From positions 1 through 57,337 of the forward strand of contig CANRMM010000042.1 of the NCBI GenBank assembly GCA_947631745.1: a DNA stretch of 57,337 nucleotides. Reading direction: 5' to 3'. A program made the translations under genes and the position numbers. Below, piece by piece: positions 11,222 to 21,300 of this stretch. Numbering within the stretch: the first letter of the stretch is position 1; each line of letters opens with the position of its first letter. A model generated the notes under the pieces. The model made no database searches, was not told the DNA's origin, and saw nothing but the letters and a program-made list of their open reading frames with translations. The stretch is from an uncultured Clostridia bacterium. Its GTDB lineage: Bacteria > Bacillota > Clostridia > TANB77 > CAG-508.

Positions 11222-11539
11222 TTAAACTGATTTCATGTCTGCTATAACATCTTCTAATGATATTGGTGTTACTTTATTGTTCATTAATTTTTCTAATAAT
11301 TGGCATATATCTTTTTCTGTTTGAAATATATGCTTCATTACTTTTCCTTCAATATCTGTTATTTCATCTTTTACTTTTTTCTTAATGATTTCTACTCCAT
11401 ATTGTCCTTCTTCTTCTAAAAGCCTTCTGTTACTTTGAATTTCATAATATTCTAGTTCTATTTTTTGATTGCTTTGTATTTCTTCTGAATCAGAACTATC
11501 TATTATTGTTGTTCCATACAGCTTTTTTCTGTACTCCAT
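11222..11539 (-). CDS. Small clostridial protein, DUF6514-like
   Basis: YGVEIIK...LLEKLMNNKVTPISLEDVIAD resembles this family (recognised from memory); AGGAGG RBS. Confidence 0.65.
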   Translation of the reverse strand: MEYRKKLYGTTIIDSSDSEEIQSNQKIELEYYEIQSNRRLLEEEGQYGVEIIKKKVKDEITDIEGKVMKHIFQTEKDICQLLEKLMNNKVTPISLEDVIADMKSV

Positions 11540-11624
11540 CTTTGGTTATCCTCCTTTTTATTTTAAATGCTTATTTACTATATTATATATATTTTTAAAA
11601 CGCAAGAATATTCGTATGCCTGCA

Positions 11625-11641
11625 TTCGACGCTTTTCGACA
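11625..11641 (-). promoter_or_regulatory. Tandem Spo0A boxes
   Basis: TGTCGAA (11635-11641) and CGTCGAA (11625-11631), 10 bp apart, upstream of TTGCGT-17-TATAGT. Confidence 0.55.
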
Positions 11642-11672
11642 ATAGCATTTTTTCTTTTTTGATTAAAATATA

Positions 11673-11698
11673 AAAAGTATGGATGATTCCATACTTTT
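11673..11698 (-). terminator. Intrinsic terminator after murG
   Basis: aaaagtatgga-tgat-tccatactttt inverted repeat. Confidence 0.7.
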
Positions 11699-11763
11699 CC
11701 ATTTATTGTAAATTTTTTTATTTTCAAAAAGACAAATTTATTTTTTTATATTTAATTATATTT

Positions 11764-12888
11764 TTATTTATTTTTTATAACCTTTTTTATCTCTTGGTAT
11801 ATTTTTTCCTCAACATTTGGAATTGAAACTTTATTTGCATTTTTCGACATCTTTTCTATAATTTCTTTATTTGAAATAATAGAATTAATTGTTTTGTTTA
11901 AAATTTCTTCATTTAGATCTTTATCCAATATAATTTTAGCAGCTTCACATTTTTCTAGTACTTTTGCATTATACTCTTGATGGTTTTCTGTTGCATAAGG
12001 AAATGGAATAAAAATTGCTGGTTTTCCTACAATTGATATTTCTGTAATTGTCATAGCTCCACTTCTGCATACAACCAAATCTACCATATTCATCATTTCT
12101 TCCATATTATAAATATATGGCATAACCTTTACATTTTGAATATTTTCTATATCTATTTTTTGACTGGCTAGTTGTTCTTTTATTTTGTCATACTGTGTTT
12201 GGCCTACAGACCATATTATTTGATATGTATTATTTAGCTTTTTGGTAATTATATTAATTATACTTTTATTTATGCTCTGTGCTCCTTGACTACCTCCAAA
12301 TATTAATACTGTTGGTTTTTGATTATCTTGTAATCCAATTTCTTTTTTTATTTGAAGAATTTGATTATTTGAAATATTTCTTTTCTTTATTTTGGTTGGA
12401 GTGCCTGTAACAACAACTTTCTTTGCATTTGGTAGTCTTTCTTTTGCATCTTCGAATCCTACTAATACTGTATTTACTTTCTTTGATAATAGTTTTACAG
12501 ATACTCCTGGAAATGCATTACTCTCATGTAGCATTGTTGGTATTTTTAATTTATTAGCTGCCGTTATTACTGGCATGCAGATGTATCCTCCTGTACCTAT
12601 TACTATGTTTGGATTAAATTCTTTTAATATTTTTTTTGCCTTTCCTATTGATTTTATTGTTTTATATAAATTTTTTAAATTTGATAATGTTAGTTTTCGT
12701 TCAATTCCATGTGCATCTATTTTTTTTAATTCATATCCTGCTCGTGGTACTAAATCTGTTTCTAATCCTCTATCTGTACCTATAAAAATGATATTTGAAT
12801 TTGGTTCTTCTTGTTTTATTTTATTTGCAATGGCAATTCCCGGGTTGATATGTCCTCCTGTTCCTGCTGCTGCTATTACAACTTTCAT
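11764..12888 (-). CDS. murG: Lipid II GlcNAc transferase MurG
   Basis: AGTGGHINP, GTGGY, HESNA, GGSQGA, RSGAMT, HQEYNA. Confidence 0.97.
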   Translation of the reverse strand: MKVVIAAAGTGGHINPGIAIANKIKQEEPNSNIIFIGTDRGLETDLVPRAGYELKKIDAHGIERKLTLSNLKNLYKTIKSIGKAKKILKEFNPNIVIGTGGYICMPVITAANKLKIPTMLHESNAFPGVSVKLLSKKVNTVLVGFEDAKERLPNAKKVVVTGTPTKIKKRNISNNQILQIKKEIGLQDNQKPTVLIFGGSQGAQSINKSIINIITKKLNNTYQIIWSVGQTQYDKIKEQLASQKIDIENIQNVKVMPYIYNMEEMMNMVDLVVCRSGAMTITEISIVGKPAIFIPFPYATENHQEYNAKVLEKCEAAKIILDKDLNEEILNKTINSIISNKEIIEKMSKNANKVSIPNVEEKIYQEIKKVIKNK

Positions 12889-12901
12889 AGATAATCTCTC
12901 C

Positions 12902-14113
12902 TTATATTTTTGATGTTTTTTTCGATATATTTAATAAAATACCACACATTGCTAGTAATATAATGATTGCTGTTCCTCCTGCACTAAAGAATGGTAATGG
13001 CATACCTGTATTTGGAATAGAGCTTGTAACAACTCCTATATTAATTACTACTTGAATTAGCACAAGTGCTGTTATTCCTGTAGCTAAAAGGCTAGAAAAC
13101 ATATCTGGTGCTTTCATAGCAATTAAAATTCCTCTCCATACAAATAAAGCAAATAGAATAATAACAATTGTGCATCCTATAAATCCTAATTCCTCTGCTA
13201 AAATAGAAAATATGAAGTCGTTTTGTGGTTCTGGAATATATAAATATTTTTGTTTACTTTCTCCTAATCCTGCACCGAATAGTCCTCCTGATCCAATTGC
13301 ATATAAACTTTGAATTGCTTGATACCCTGTTCCTAATGGATCATCCCACGGATTCATAAAACTTAAAATTCTATCAATTCTAAAATTTTCTGCTCCTGCA
13401 CTTTCTCCTTTAGATGCCATATATAATCCTAATATTCCACTTCCAAATCCACCTACTACCAAACCTGTCATAATAAAGTGTGTAATTCTGCAACCTGCTA
13501 CTAACATCATAATTACTGTAATTAACCCCATTACCAAACCAACGCTTAAATGGTTTTGAATAAAGTAAGCAATTCCTACAGGTATTGCAACAAATATAAG
13601 AGGTTTTAAAAAACCTTTTTTAAAATCTCTTAATTCGTCTTTGTGGTCTGCTAAATATCCTGCATAGAATATAATTAGTCCAATTTTTGTTAGCTCTGAT
13701 GGTTGAAATTGTGTAAATCCTAAATTAATCCATCTTGTTGCACCATTTGCAGAGCTTCCTATTCCTGGTATTAATACGAGTAATAAAATTCCTACTGAGA
13801 AAACATAGATTATTTTATAAAATTTTTTGTAAATACGGTAATCTATTTTTGAAGTAAAATACATTGCTATTAAACCTGCTACAGCAAATATTGCTTGCCT
13901 TGTTACATAAGTATAACTGTTTCCTGATTCTGATAATGCTGATGGTGCACTTGCTGATAATACCATAACAATTCCTAAGGATAATAGTAAAATTATAATA
14001 ATAATAAGGACAAAGTCTATTGGCTTTTCTGTTTTTCTTTCAATACTTGCAGGTTTATTTTGAGTTCCTTTTTGTTTTTTATTTTGAACTCTGTTTTCTA
14101 CTTTGCTTTGCAC
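12902..14113 (-). CDS. ftsW: SEDS peptidoglycan polymerase FtsW/SpoVE
   Basis: Multi-TM; GATRWI, FQPSE, EPQNDFIFSILAEELG, TGMPLPFFSAGG; dcw position. Cannot separate ftsW from spoVE. Confidence 0.9.
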   Translation of the reverse strand: MQSKVENRVQNKKQKGTQNKPASIERKTEKPIDFVLIIIIILLLSLGIVMVLSASAPSALSESGNSYTYVTRQAIFAVAGLIAMYFTSKIDYRIYKKFYKIIYVFSVGILLLVLIPGIGSSANGATRWINLGFTQFQPSELTKIGLIIFYAGYLADHKDELRDFKKGFLKPLIFVAIPVGIAYFIQNHLSVGLVMGLITVIMMLVAGCRITHFIMTGLVVGGFGSGILGLYMASKGESAGAENFRIDRILSFMNPWDDPLGTGYQAIQSLYAIGSGGLFGAGLGESKQKYLYIPEPQNDFIFSILAEELGFIGCTIVIILFALFVWRGILIAMKAPDMFSSLLATGITALVLIQVVINIGVVTSSIPNTGMPLPFFSAGGTAIIILLAMCGILLNISKKTSKI

Positions 14114-14150
14114 TTTTTCTTATCCTTCCTTTCTCTTGGTTATCTATATC

Positions 14151-15134
14151 CTATATTATCACCAATCCTGCAAAACAGAATAGTAATGTAATTAAGCTAA
14201 ATACAGATACAATTTTATTTTCTTTCCAGCCTGATAGTTCAAAATGGTGATGTAATGGTGCCATTTTAAATATTCTTTTGCCTGTTCTTTTAAAATGAGC
14301 TACTTGTATCATAACAGAAAGTGTTTCTATAACTGGTATAATAGCAATAATTAATAAAAGTAATGGCATCTTTAAATATAAAGCAATTCCTGCAATAGCT
14401 CCTCCTAGCATTAATGAGCCTGTATCTCCCATCATTACTTTTGCTGGATGTAAATTAAATAGTAAAAATCCTAAGCAAGTACCAATTAAAATACTTCCAA
14501 ATATGGTTATTTCTTTTATTTCAAATATGATTGAAATTACTGTTAAGCATGTGATAATAATGGTTGTAACACTTGTTGATAGGCCATCAATTCCGTCGGT
14601 TAAATTAACTGCATTTGTTGTAGCAAGCATTACGACAATTGCAAGTGGTATATAAATCCATATTGGTAAAACAATATATTGCTCCATAAATGGAATAAAA
14701 ATATCTGTTTCTATATGAAGTACATTTGTTAAAATAATTGTGTAACCAACTGCTACAATTAATAGTCCTAGCATTTTTGCTTTTGGACTTAATCCATTTG
14801 TATTTTTCAATACTAATTTTTTAAAGTCATCTATAAAGCCTATTATTCCAAATCCTATTGTAACAAATAGTAATGGTAATAGATTTGTTGCAATTTGTGC
14901 TTGTTCTGGATCATTATGATAGTCATAATAACATATTCCTGTTATTGCTATGATGACTATTATCATAATAATACCTCCCATTGTTGGAGTACCTTGTTTT
15001 TTTAAATGGGATTCTGGTCCCTCTCTTCTTTCAATTTGACCTACCTTTAGTCTTCTTAAAATTGGTACAATTATCATAGAAACAACTACGCTAGCTATAA
15101 AGGATAGTAGTAATATTTTCGTTTGAAATTGCAT
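14151..15134 (-). CDS. mraY: Phospho-MurNAc-pentapeptide transferase
   Basis: KQGTPTMGG, NAVNLTDGIDGL, MGDTGS, MAPLHHHFE. Confidence 0.98.
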   Translation of the reverse strand: MQFQTKILLLSFIASVVVSMIIVPILRRLKVGQIERREGPESHLKKQGTPTMGGIIMIIVIIAITGICYYDYHNDPEQAQIATNLLPLLFVTIGFGIIGFIDDFKKLVLKNTNGLSPKAKMLGLLIVAVGYTIILTNVLHIETDIFIPFMEQYIVLPIWIYIPLAIVVMLATTNAVNLTDGIDGLSTSVTTIIITCLTVISIIFEIKEITIFGSILIGTCLGFLLFNLHPAKVMMGDTGSLMLGGAIAGIALYLKMPLLLLIIAIIPVIETLSVMIQVAHFKRTGKRIFKMAPLHHHFELSGWKENKIVSVFSLITLLFCFAGLVII

Positions 15135-15146
15135 AAAATTTCCTCC

Positions 15147-16646
15147 TTAGTCTTTCTTTTTCTTTTTTTCCATTTCTTCCTCTATTATTTCATTTACAAT
15201 TAAATTCTCATCAAAAGGATATTTTTCTCCTTGTATTTCTTGGTATTGTTCATGGCCTTTTCCTGCAAGTACAATTATATCCTTAGGATTTGCCATCTTG
15301 ATTGCTTTTCTTATTGCTTCTACTCTATTTACAATACATTCATATTTTCCTTTTGTCTTTTTTATTCCTTTTTCAATATCTTCTATAATTTTTTCTGGTT
15401 CTTCTGTTCTTGGATTGTCTGAAGTAATAATTGTATAATCTGCTACTCTTCCTGATGCTTCTCCCATCATTGGTCTTTTTATTTTATCTCTGTCTCCTCC
15501 ACATCCAAATACACTAATGACTCTTCCTTTTGTATAAATTTTTACAGCGCTTAATATTTTTTCTAAACTTTCTGGAGTATGTGCATAATCAATCATAATA
15601 GTTAATCCCAGTTTATTGTCAACAAGCTCACTTCTTCCTGGAACTCTAATATTCATCAATGCTTCTTTTATATTTTCACTACTACAACCAAATTTTAATG
15701 CAACACTAATTGCTGCAAGAGCATTATATACACTAAATCTTCCTGGAATTGACACTTTAACTCTTTCGTTTTTATCTCCTAATTTTACTTTAAAGTCAAC
15801 ACATTGGTTTGTTACTGTAATATCCTTTGCTAACAAGTTGCATGTATTGTCAATTCCATATGTTGTAAAATTACATTCTGGTACTAATTTTGGAATAGTA
15901 ATTGCATATAGGTCATCTGCATTAATTAGCCCTGTTTTACACATTTTAAAGAGTTTTACTTTAGATTCAAAATAGTCTTCCATATTTGGATGTTCTCTTT
16001 CACTAATATGGTCTTCTGCTAAGTTAGTAAACACTGCCATATAAAATTCGCATCCTGCTACTCTCGATAGTTTTAAGCTTTGAGAAGATACTTCCATTAC
16101 AACTACTTCACATTTTTCTTTTAACATTTTTGCTAATATTTCCTGTAGTTTTAAGCTTTCTGGGGTAGTATTATCATTTTTCTCTATTTTTTTATCTCCA
16201 ATATAGGCTGCCACAGTCCCTATTAATCCTACTTTTATTCCTTGTTTTTCTAAAATGTCTCTAATCATATATGTTGTTGTTGTTTTTCCTTTTGTGCCTG
16301 TAACACCAATTAATTTCATTTTTTTTGAAGGATTGTTGTAATAGTTACATGAAGCAATTGCAAGTGCATATCTAGTGTCTGGAGCCAATATTATTGTTAC
16401 ATCTTCTGGTATTTTCTCAACGGTTTCTTTTGTTATTTCATTTTCTTGTGCTAAAATCACTTTTGCTCCATTTTGAATGGCTTCTTCTATATGTTCATGT
16501 CCATCGGTTTTAAATCCCTTTATCGCGACAAACATATCATTATCTTTTACCATATTAGAGTCGTTTGTTAAATTTGCTATGTCTCTATCTAATGTACCTC
16601 TAACTTTTAATTTGTCTATTCCTGCTAATATTTTTTTGAGTTCCAT
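15147..16646 (-). CDS. murE: UDP-MurNAc-tripeptide synthetase (meso-DAP type)
   Basis: GVTGTKGKTT, MEVSS, DYAHTP, FGCGGDRD, SDNPR, AGKGHE. Confidence 0.97.
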   Translation of the reverse strand: MELKKILAGIDKLKVRGTLDRDIANLTNDSNMVKDNDMFVAIKGFKTDGHEHIEEAIQNGAKVILAQENEITKETVEKIPEDVTIILAPDTRYALAIASCNYYNNPSKKMKLIGVTGTKGKTTTTYMIRDILEKQGIKVGLIGTVAAYIGDKKIEKNDNTTPESLKLQEILAKMLKEKCEVVVMEVSSQSLKLSRVAGCEFYMAVFTNLAEDHISEREHPNMEDYFESKVKLFKMCKTGLINADDLYAITIPKLVPECNFTTYGIDNTCNLLAKDITVTNQCVDFKVKLGDKNERVKVSIPGRFSVYNALAAISVALKFGCSSENIKEALMNIRVPGRSELVDNKLGLTIMIDYAHTPESLEKILSAVKIYTKGRVISVFGCGGDRDKIKRPMMGEASGRVADYTIITSDNPRTEEPEKIIEDIEKGIKKTKGKYECIVNRVEAIRKAIKMANPKDIIVLAGKGHEQYQEIQGEKYPFDENLIVNEIIEEEMEKKKKKD

Positions 16647-16684
16647 AAACTCCCTCCTTGCAAAATTTCCATTTTTCCAGTTAC

Positions 16685-16713
16685 ATTATATAACTAAAAT
16701 TTTCTTTTGTATA
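16685..16713 (-). promoter_or_regulatory. Putative internal promoter for murE-mraY-ftsW-murG
   Basis: TATACA-17 bp-TATAAT between the spoVD 3' fragment and murE. Confidence 0.45.
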
Positions 16714-16742
16714 TAGTGAAATTTCATTTTTTGACATTAATT

Positions 16743-17033
16743 TTATTCTATTTTTACAGAGATATTACTTCCTTTATATACTTCAATTCCGTTAGTTGGT
16801 ACTTGTTCTTTTATGATTGCTTGCTCTTTATCTATTTCTTGTTCTGTATTAATCTGTAAGTTCAATTCATATTCTTTTAGAACTTTTTCTGCTTCCTTAA
16901 CTGTCATTCCTATAATTCTTGGCATTTCTATTTTTTCTTTTATATTTTCCTCGTTTTCATTGTCTTTACTAATTTCCAAATATGGTAGCACTTCTCCTAA
17001 CACTTGTGATGCAATTGGTGCTGCCACACCACC
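16743..17033 (-). CDS. spoVD: 3' segment of the split class B PBP (end of transpeptidase domain plus one PASTA domain)
   Basis: GGVAAPIASQVLGEVLPYLE...MPRIIGMTVKEAEKVL...EQVP; aligns with the intact paralogue (AGPVVGQILKEVLPYLG); no RBS of its own; continues the 34985-36846 segment in frame. Confidence 0.9.
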   Translation of the reverse strand, partial: GGVAAPIASQVLGEVLPYLEISKDNENEENIKEKIEMPRIIGMTVKEAEKVLKEYELNLQINTEQEIDKEQAIIKEQVPTNGIEVYKGSNISVKIE

Positions 17034-17057
17034 TCCTTGGTGTATTTTAACAACACA
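17030..17057. other. Recombination (att) site at the spoVD-3' end of element B
   Basis: Predicted crossover cc at 17032-33, 10-bp spacer, arm attttaacaacaca at 17044-17057 (perfect inverse of 24300-24313). Confidence 0.8.
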
Positions 17058-17066
17058 ATTATTTAT

Positions 17067-17106
17067 AAAAGGAGAAAAGCAAGGGAATTGCATTGCTTTT
17101 CTCCTT
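17067..17106. terminator. Terminator at the edge of element B, insulating the spoVD 3' fragment
   Basis: 14-bp stem aaggagaaaagcaa/ttgcttttctcctt with flanking A/T runs. Confidence 0.75.
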
Positions 17107-17121
17107 GCTTTTTAAAATGGC

Positions 17122-18159
17122 TTATTCGGCCGGGAAATACTCACTTGTGCAGAAATATTGATTATATATATGTCTATATATTGGGCCTTGAATAAATTCA
17201 GCTTGAAATACCAAATTTTTAGGTCCGATTGGTCCATCCCTTAAAAGTTCTTCTGCCCATTCATAAACTTCTTGCGGTACTTCCAATTGCCCACTTAAAA
17301 TCCGATCTCTTGTTATCTGCGCATAAGCATTACCTGTAAAAATAATACTCTGCATATCATCTCCACAAATTCCTAGTTCCAGCAAATGTAATAGAACACT
17401 TCCACAAAGTTTGTGTGCTTCTTTTGCTTCTTCGTAGTTAATTTGGTCAGTGTATTCACTCAAATAAATCAATACTCCTTCTTCGGCATACATAAGGTCA
17501 CCTAGGAGTTTGACATCGTCTGCTGTATAATTAAAATACGGTTCTATTGCTTCTGGAGTATCCGATGGCTTTACTGGTACATCTTCTTCTAGAACGTTTG
17601 ATGGCTCTATTGTCATGTCTTCATCTGGAACGTTTGTTGGCTCTGCTGGCATCTCTTTCTCTGGAGCATTCGTTGGATTTGCTGGTGCATTTTCCTCTGG
17701 AGTGTTCGTTGGATCTACCGGTGCATTTTCCTCTGGAGCGTTTGTTGGATCTGCCGGGGCATTTTCCTCTGAAACGTTTGATGCTTCTTTGTGGTCTCTG
17801 ACGTTTTCAGAGTCTTCGTTCTGGTCAACCGGATATATTCTTGCTGAATCGTCCGTATTGTTGATTGTGTTAACATTAGTGGAGGGTACAGTGTTGGGGG
17901 CTGTGGTCGGAACAGTGATAGTGTCGGCGAGGCTTTCGTCTGCTGTAGCGTCAGTGGTAATGGTGCTGTTGCTGTTGTTCTCTGAGTCTTCCTTGGAAGA
18001 TGTTACTGTTTTGATTCTATACACCATCATGGCTGTAGATAACATCGTAATCACAAGCAGGATTGCGATGCCGCTGTATCCTTTGCTTTTTGTCTTTTCC
18101 CTCACTCGCTTTCCCTTGTACCGCTTAAAACGGTTATTTCTCTTGCTGTCCTTCGTCAT
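17122..18159 (-). CDS. Membrane-anchored protein with repeat stalk and C-terminal SleB/Hydrolase_2-like domain
   Basis: Basic N-terminus plus TM helix, T/P-rich linker, YTADDVKLLGDLMYAEEG resembling the SleB catalytic-Glu helix; visibly GC-richer than its neighbours. Confidence 0.55.
   Translation of the reverse strand: MTKDSKRNNRFKRYKGKRVREKTKSKGYSGIAILLVITMLSTAMMVYRIKTVTSSKEDSENNSNSTITTDATADESLADTITVPTTAPNTVPSTNVNTINNTDDSARIYPVDQNEDSENVRDHKEASNVSEENAPADPTNAPEENAPVDPTNTPEENAPANPTNAPEKEMPAEPTNVPDEDMTIEPSNVLEEDVPVKPSDTPEAIEPYFNYTADDVKLLGDLMYAEEGVLIYLSEYTDQINYEEAKEAHKLCGSVLLHLLELGICGDDMQSIIFTGNAYAQITRDRILSGQLEVPQEVYEWAEELLRDGPIGPKNLVFQAEFIQGPIYRHIYNQYFCTSEYFPAE
17554..17769 (-). repeat. Six degenerate 36-bp (12-aa) tandem repeats, EENAPxDPTNxP
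   Basis: EENAPADPTNAP / EENAPVDPTNTP / EENAPANPTNAP / EKEMPAEPTNVP / DEDMTIEPSNVL / EEDVPVKPSDTP. Confidence 0.85.
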
Positions 18160-18340
18160 TTTTCTTTTCTCCTTTACTTTTGTTAGAGCTCATTTGTGCT
18201 CTATATATTAGGATGACATAATGTCTTCCTTTTTCCATTATACTATACTTTTTGAATTTAGGCAAATTTAATTGCTTAGTATTTTTCTTTTTAATCATTT
18301 ATATTTGTTAATAATGTTTTTTATTATATAGTTTATAGCT

Positions 18341-18380
18341 AAAAGATTCCTAAATTATGTATTATAATTTAGGAATCTTT
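18341..18380. terminator. Intrinsic terminator
   Basis: aaaagattcctaaattat/ataatttaggaatctttt inverted repeat after the 18386 gene. Confidence 0.75.
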
Positions 18381-18385
18381 TTTAC

Positions 18386-21300
18386 TTATTTTACTTTCTT
18401 TAATCCAATTAGTATTAATTTCATATCTGCCATATCTCCTATACCACATTCTTCATTTTTATCAAAGTCTGCAGCATTTGCTTTTGTTTTTGATAATTGT
18501 TCAACTTTAATAAGGTGTAACTTTAATCTAGCTAGGTCATTTACTGTAATTTTTCCGTCTCCGTCTATATCTCCTGTTACTTCAAGAGTAAATTGTGAAT
18601 TATCTGCTAATTTCATAGTTGTATCTGTAGTAATAAGGCTGTCATCAGTTAATACATTTCCTCGTGAATCAACAAATACAATATCTTGTTCTCCTTCTAT
18701 TTCTACATTTTCTTTGAATTCTTTTACTGTTGTTTTTGGAAGAATTTGTGATATATATCCTTCTTCTACTTTATATTTTTCTGTTTTTACTTCTTCTGGT
18801 GAACCTGGTATTCCTGTATTATTTTGTGAGTTTGGATTTCCCATTCCTGTTCCAATCCAGTTAACGCTTGCTGTTACTTCTCCTATATTTCCTGCTTTAT
18901 CTTGTAGTTTGAATGTAAATTCTCCATTTTGATCAAATGTATACGTATATCCTTCTTTTCCGTCTTTATTGTTTAGTACTGTTACTTCTTCACTAGGAGT
19001 TATTTCTGCTGTTACTTCAGAATCAATTCCACTTCCTGAATGATATTCAATTGTAGCTGTTGGTGCTGTTTTATCTATCCAATCAACTATAGCTGTAGCA
19101 GTTCCTTCTTTCTTTGTTTTGTTGTCATAAAATTCAAATGTAAATTCTCCGTTTTCTTCAAATACATATACATCACTATCGTGATTTGTAATTGTTATAT
19201 CTGTACTTGGATTTACAAGTCTTGCTATAACATTTTGGTTGGTTAATTTTTGTGTGTTATATCCAATGCCTGCTGTAGGATGAGGATTTTTTGTTAAGTC
19301 TTGGTAAATATTAAACATTCTACCTGTCATAAAGCTTCCTCCACCTGCTGATGATGTTTTAGTACCTATAATTTTAATATATTGTACTGTTGGTTTGTCT
19401 TCAAATTCTATTGTTTTTGTTTCTTCGTTATTATCCCATTTTACTGTTCCAATTTCTGTATATTCTTCTCCGTCTATACTTCCTAGGATTTGACCTTCTA
19501 AGATTTTACCGTTTCCTCCACCTGCTGGTACATAATCTAATGCTGATAATTCGATTTTTCTATCTACTTTAATAATAATATATCTTTCTTGGTCTGAACC
19601 ATTCCATGCTGAATGCCATCTTGTGTTGTAGTTTCCATCTATTACGTTTACTGCTTCTCCTTTATTGCCTCCTGTTGTTTCACTAGATACTCCTGCGATT
19701 GATAGATGTGCTACTGGTACGTATTTTCTTGTTTCTGGTTGATCGTCTGCTGTAAATGTATATGTTGTTATTTCACTTGCAAGCATTGTTCCTGTTGCAG
19801 ATTGTCTTACTTGTATTGTTTTATCTCCTGTTAAATCTGGAGATTCATCTTCATAAGAAATCCATTCATCTTCATCTGTGTAACGCCATTCTGTATGTTC
19901 ATTAACTCCTACTATTCTGTTTTCTAAATCATTATTGTATAGATCTGCTAATTTCTTTTGATCTTGTATATCTATTTTAAATATATTGTTTTCATCTTCA
20001 TAACTTGTTCCGTAAATGTGAACATAAATATCATCTTCTGCATTGATTTTACTTAGTTGTTCGTCTGTTAATGTTTCTTTATGTTCTTCCTCTGGTGTAT
20101 ATGTTACATCAATCCAAGTTTGTTTTCCATCTATACTATAATCCCAATGAATTCCTGAATCATCATAGTTGCTTGATAATACAATTTTTCCTGCATCTTC
20201 TCCATCAAATGAAAATGTTGCTAAGTCTTTGTCCATTTGTCCTAATAAATATTTTGCTACTGTTTGTGTAATACTTGGTTGATATACTTTAGTATTATCC
20301 TCCCATGTAGTTCCTTCTGTTAATGTATTTATTTGTAATACTGTAAATTTAAATGAGTATTCTGTTGATTTTAGCATTGGTTTAATTAAATTTGATAGTT
20401 GATACATTGGTAATGGGAAGCATTTTAAATTTTCACATATATCTTCTGCTAATTCATAATACTTTTCTTCTGATGTATTTTCATCTGCTTTATATAAATT
20501 AATTAAGCCATACCATGCATCTATATTAATTGGTTCAACTTCTAATGCTTTTCTATAAATTTCTTCTTGCTTTTCTGGATTGTCTTTATATATATCTGCT
20601 GTCATAATGATTTCTTCAGCTTCTTCGTAGCTTTCATAGTGATTTAATGCTTCTTGTGCTAATACAATATATGTTGCACAGTATCCTTCTGCATAGCTAT
20701 CACTACCCCAGCCTAAAGGCATTCTAACACTTAATTTTTCTGTTTTTCCAGATAATGCCCATCCACTTACGTCATTATCTATTGTCCAATATCCATTTCC
20801 ATCTTTATCTTTTCTATAATAAATTAATGCTGCGTGTCCTGGCTGACTAATTACTGATGATGGTGTTCCATGAACTCCACGTATATTAGAACCTATTTTA
20901 GAGATACCTCCACAAACGGCTCCTCCTTCGATGTTCATCCATAATTTATTAACACCTGGTCTAAATGTTACACCATATCTTAAAAAGTCATATTTATCAT
21001 CCCATTCTTCTTTCTTTGATTCATCATGAAATTCTGGTCTACTATAATCTGGGTCTAAATATTTCATATATGGATGTGGTTGTAAGTATTTTTCTTCTTC
21101 GTTTGGATGATCATTTATATATTTTTGTGTATATTCATTTAACCATACAATTTCTTCGTCATCTATGATGTTATTCATAACGAAACGCATTTCTTCTACT
21201 TTTAAGCTTTCAAACCATGGTGTATGGTCTTGATTTTTAGAAACTACGAACTTATCGTTTGCATGTAAATCTTTAAAAATTTCATAACGAGTTACAGGAT

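Noticed and set aside
17040-17093. N-terminus MQFPCFSPF... of the 116-aa ORF as a real gene start
   Set aside because: No RBS; it lies in a terminator stem and the att arm; PBP homology begins only at the junction.
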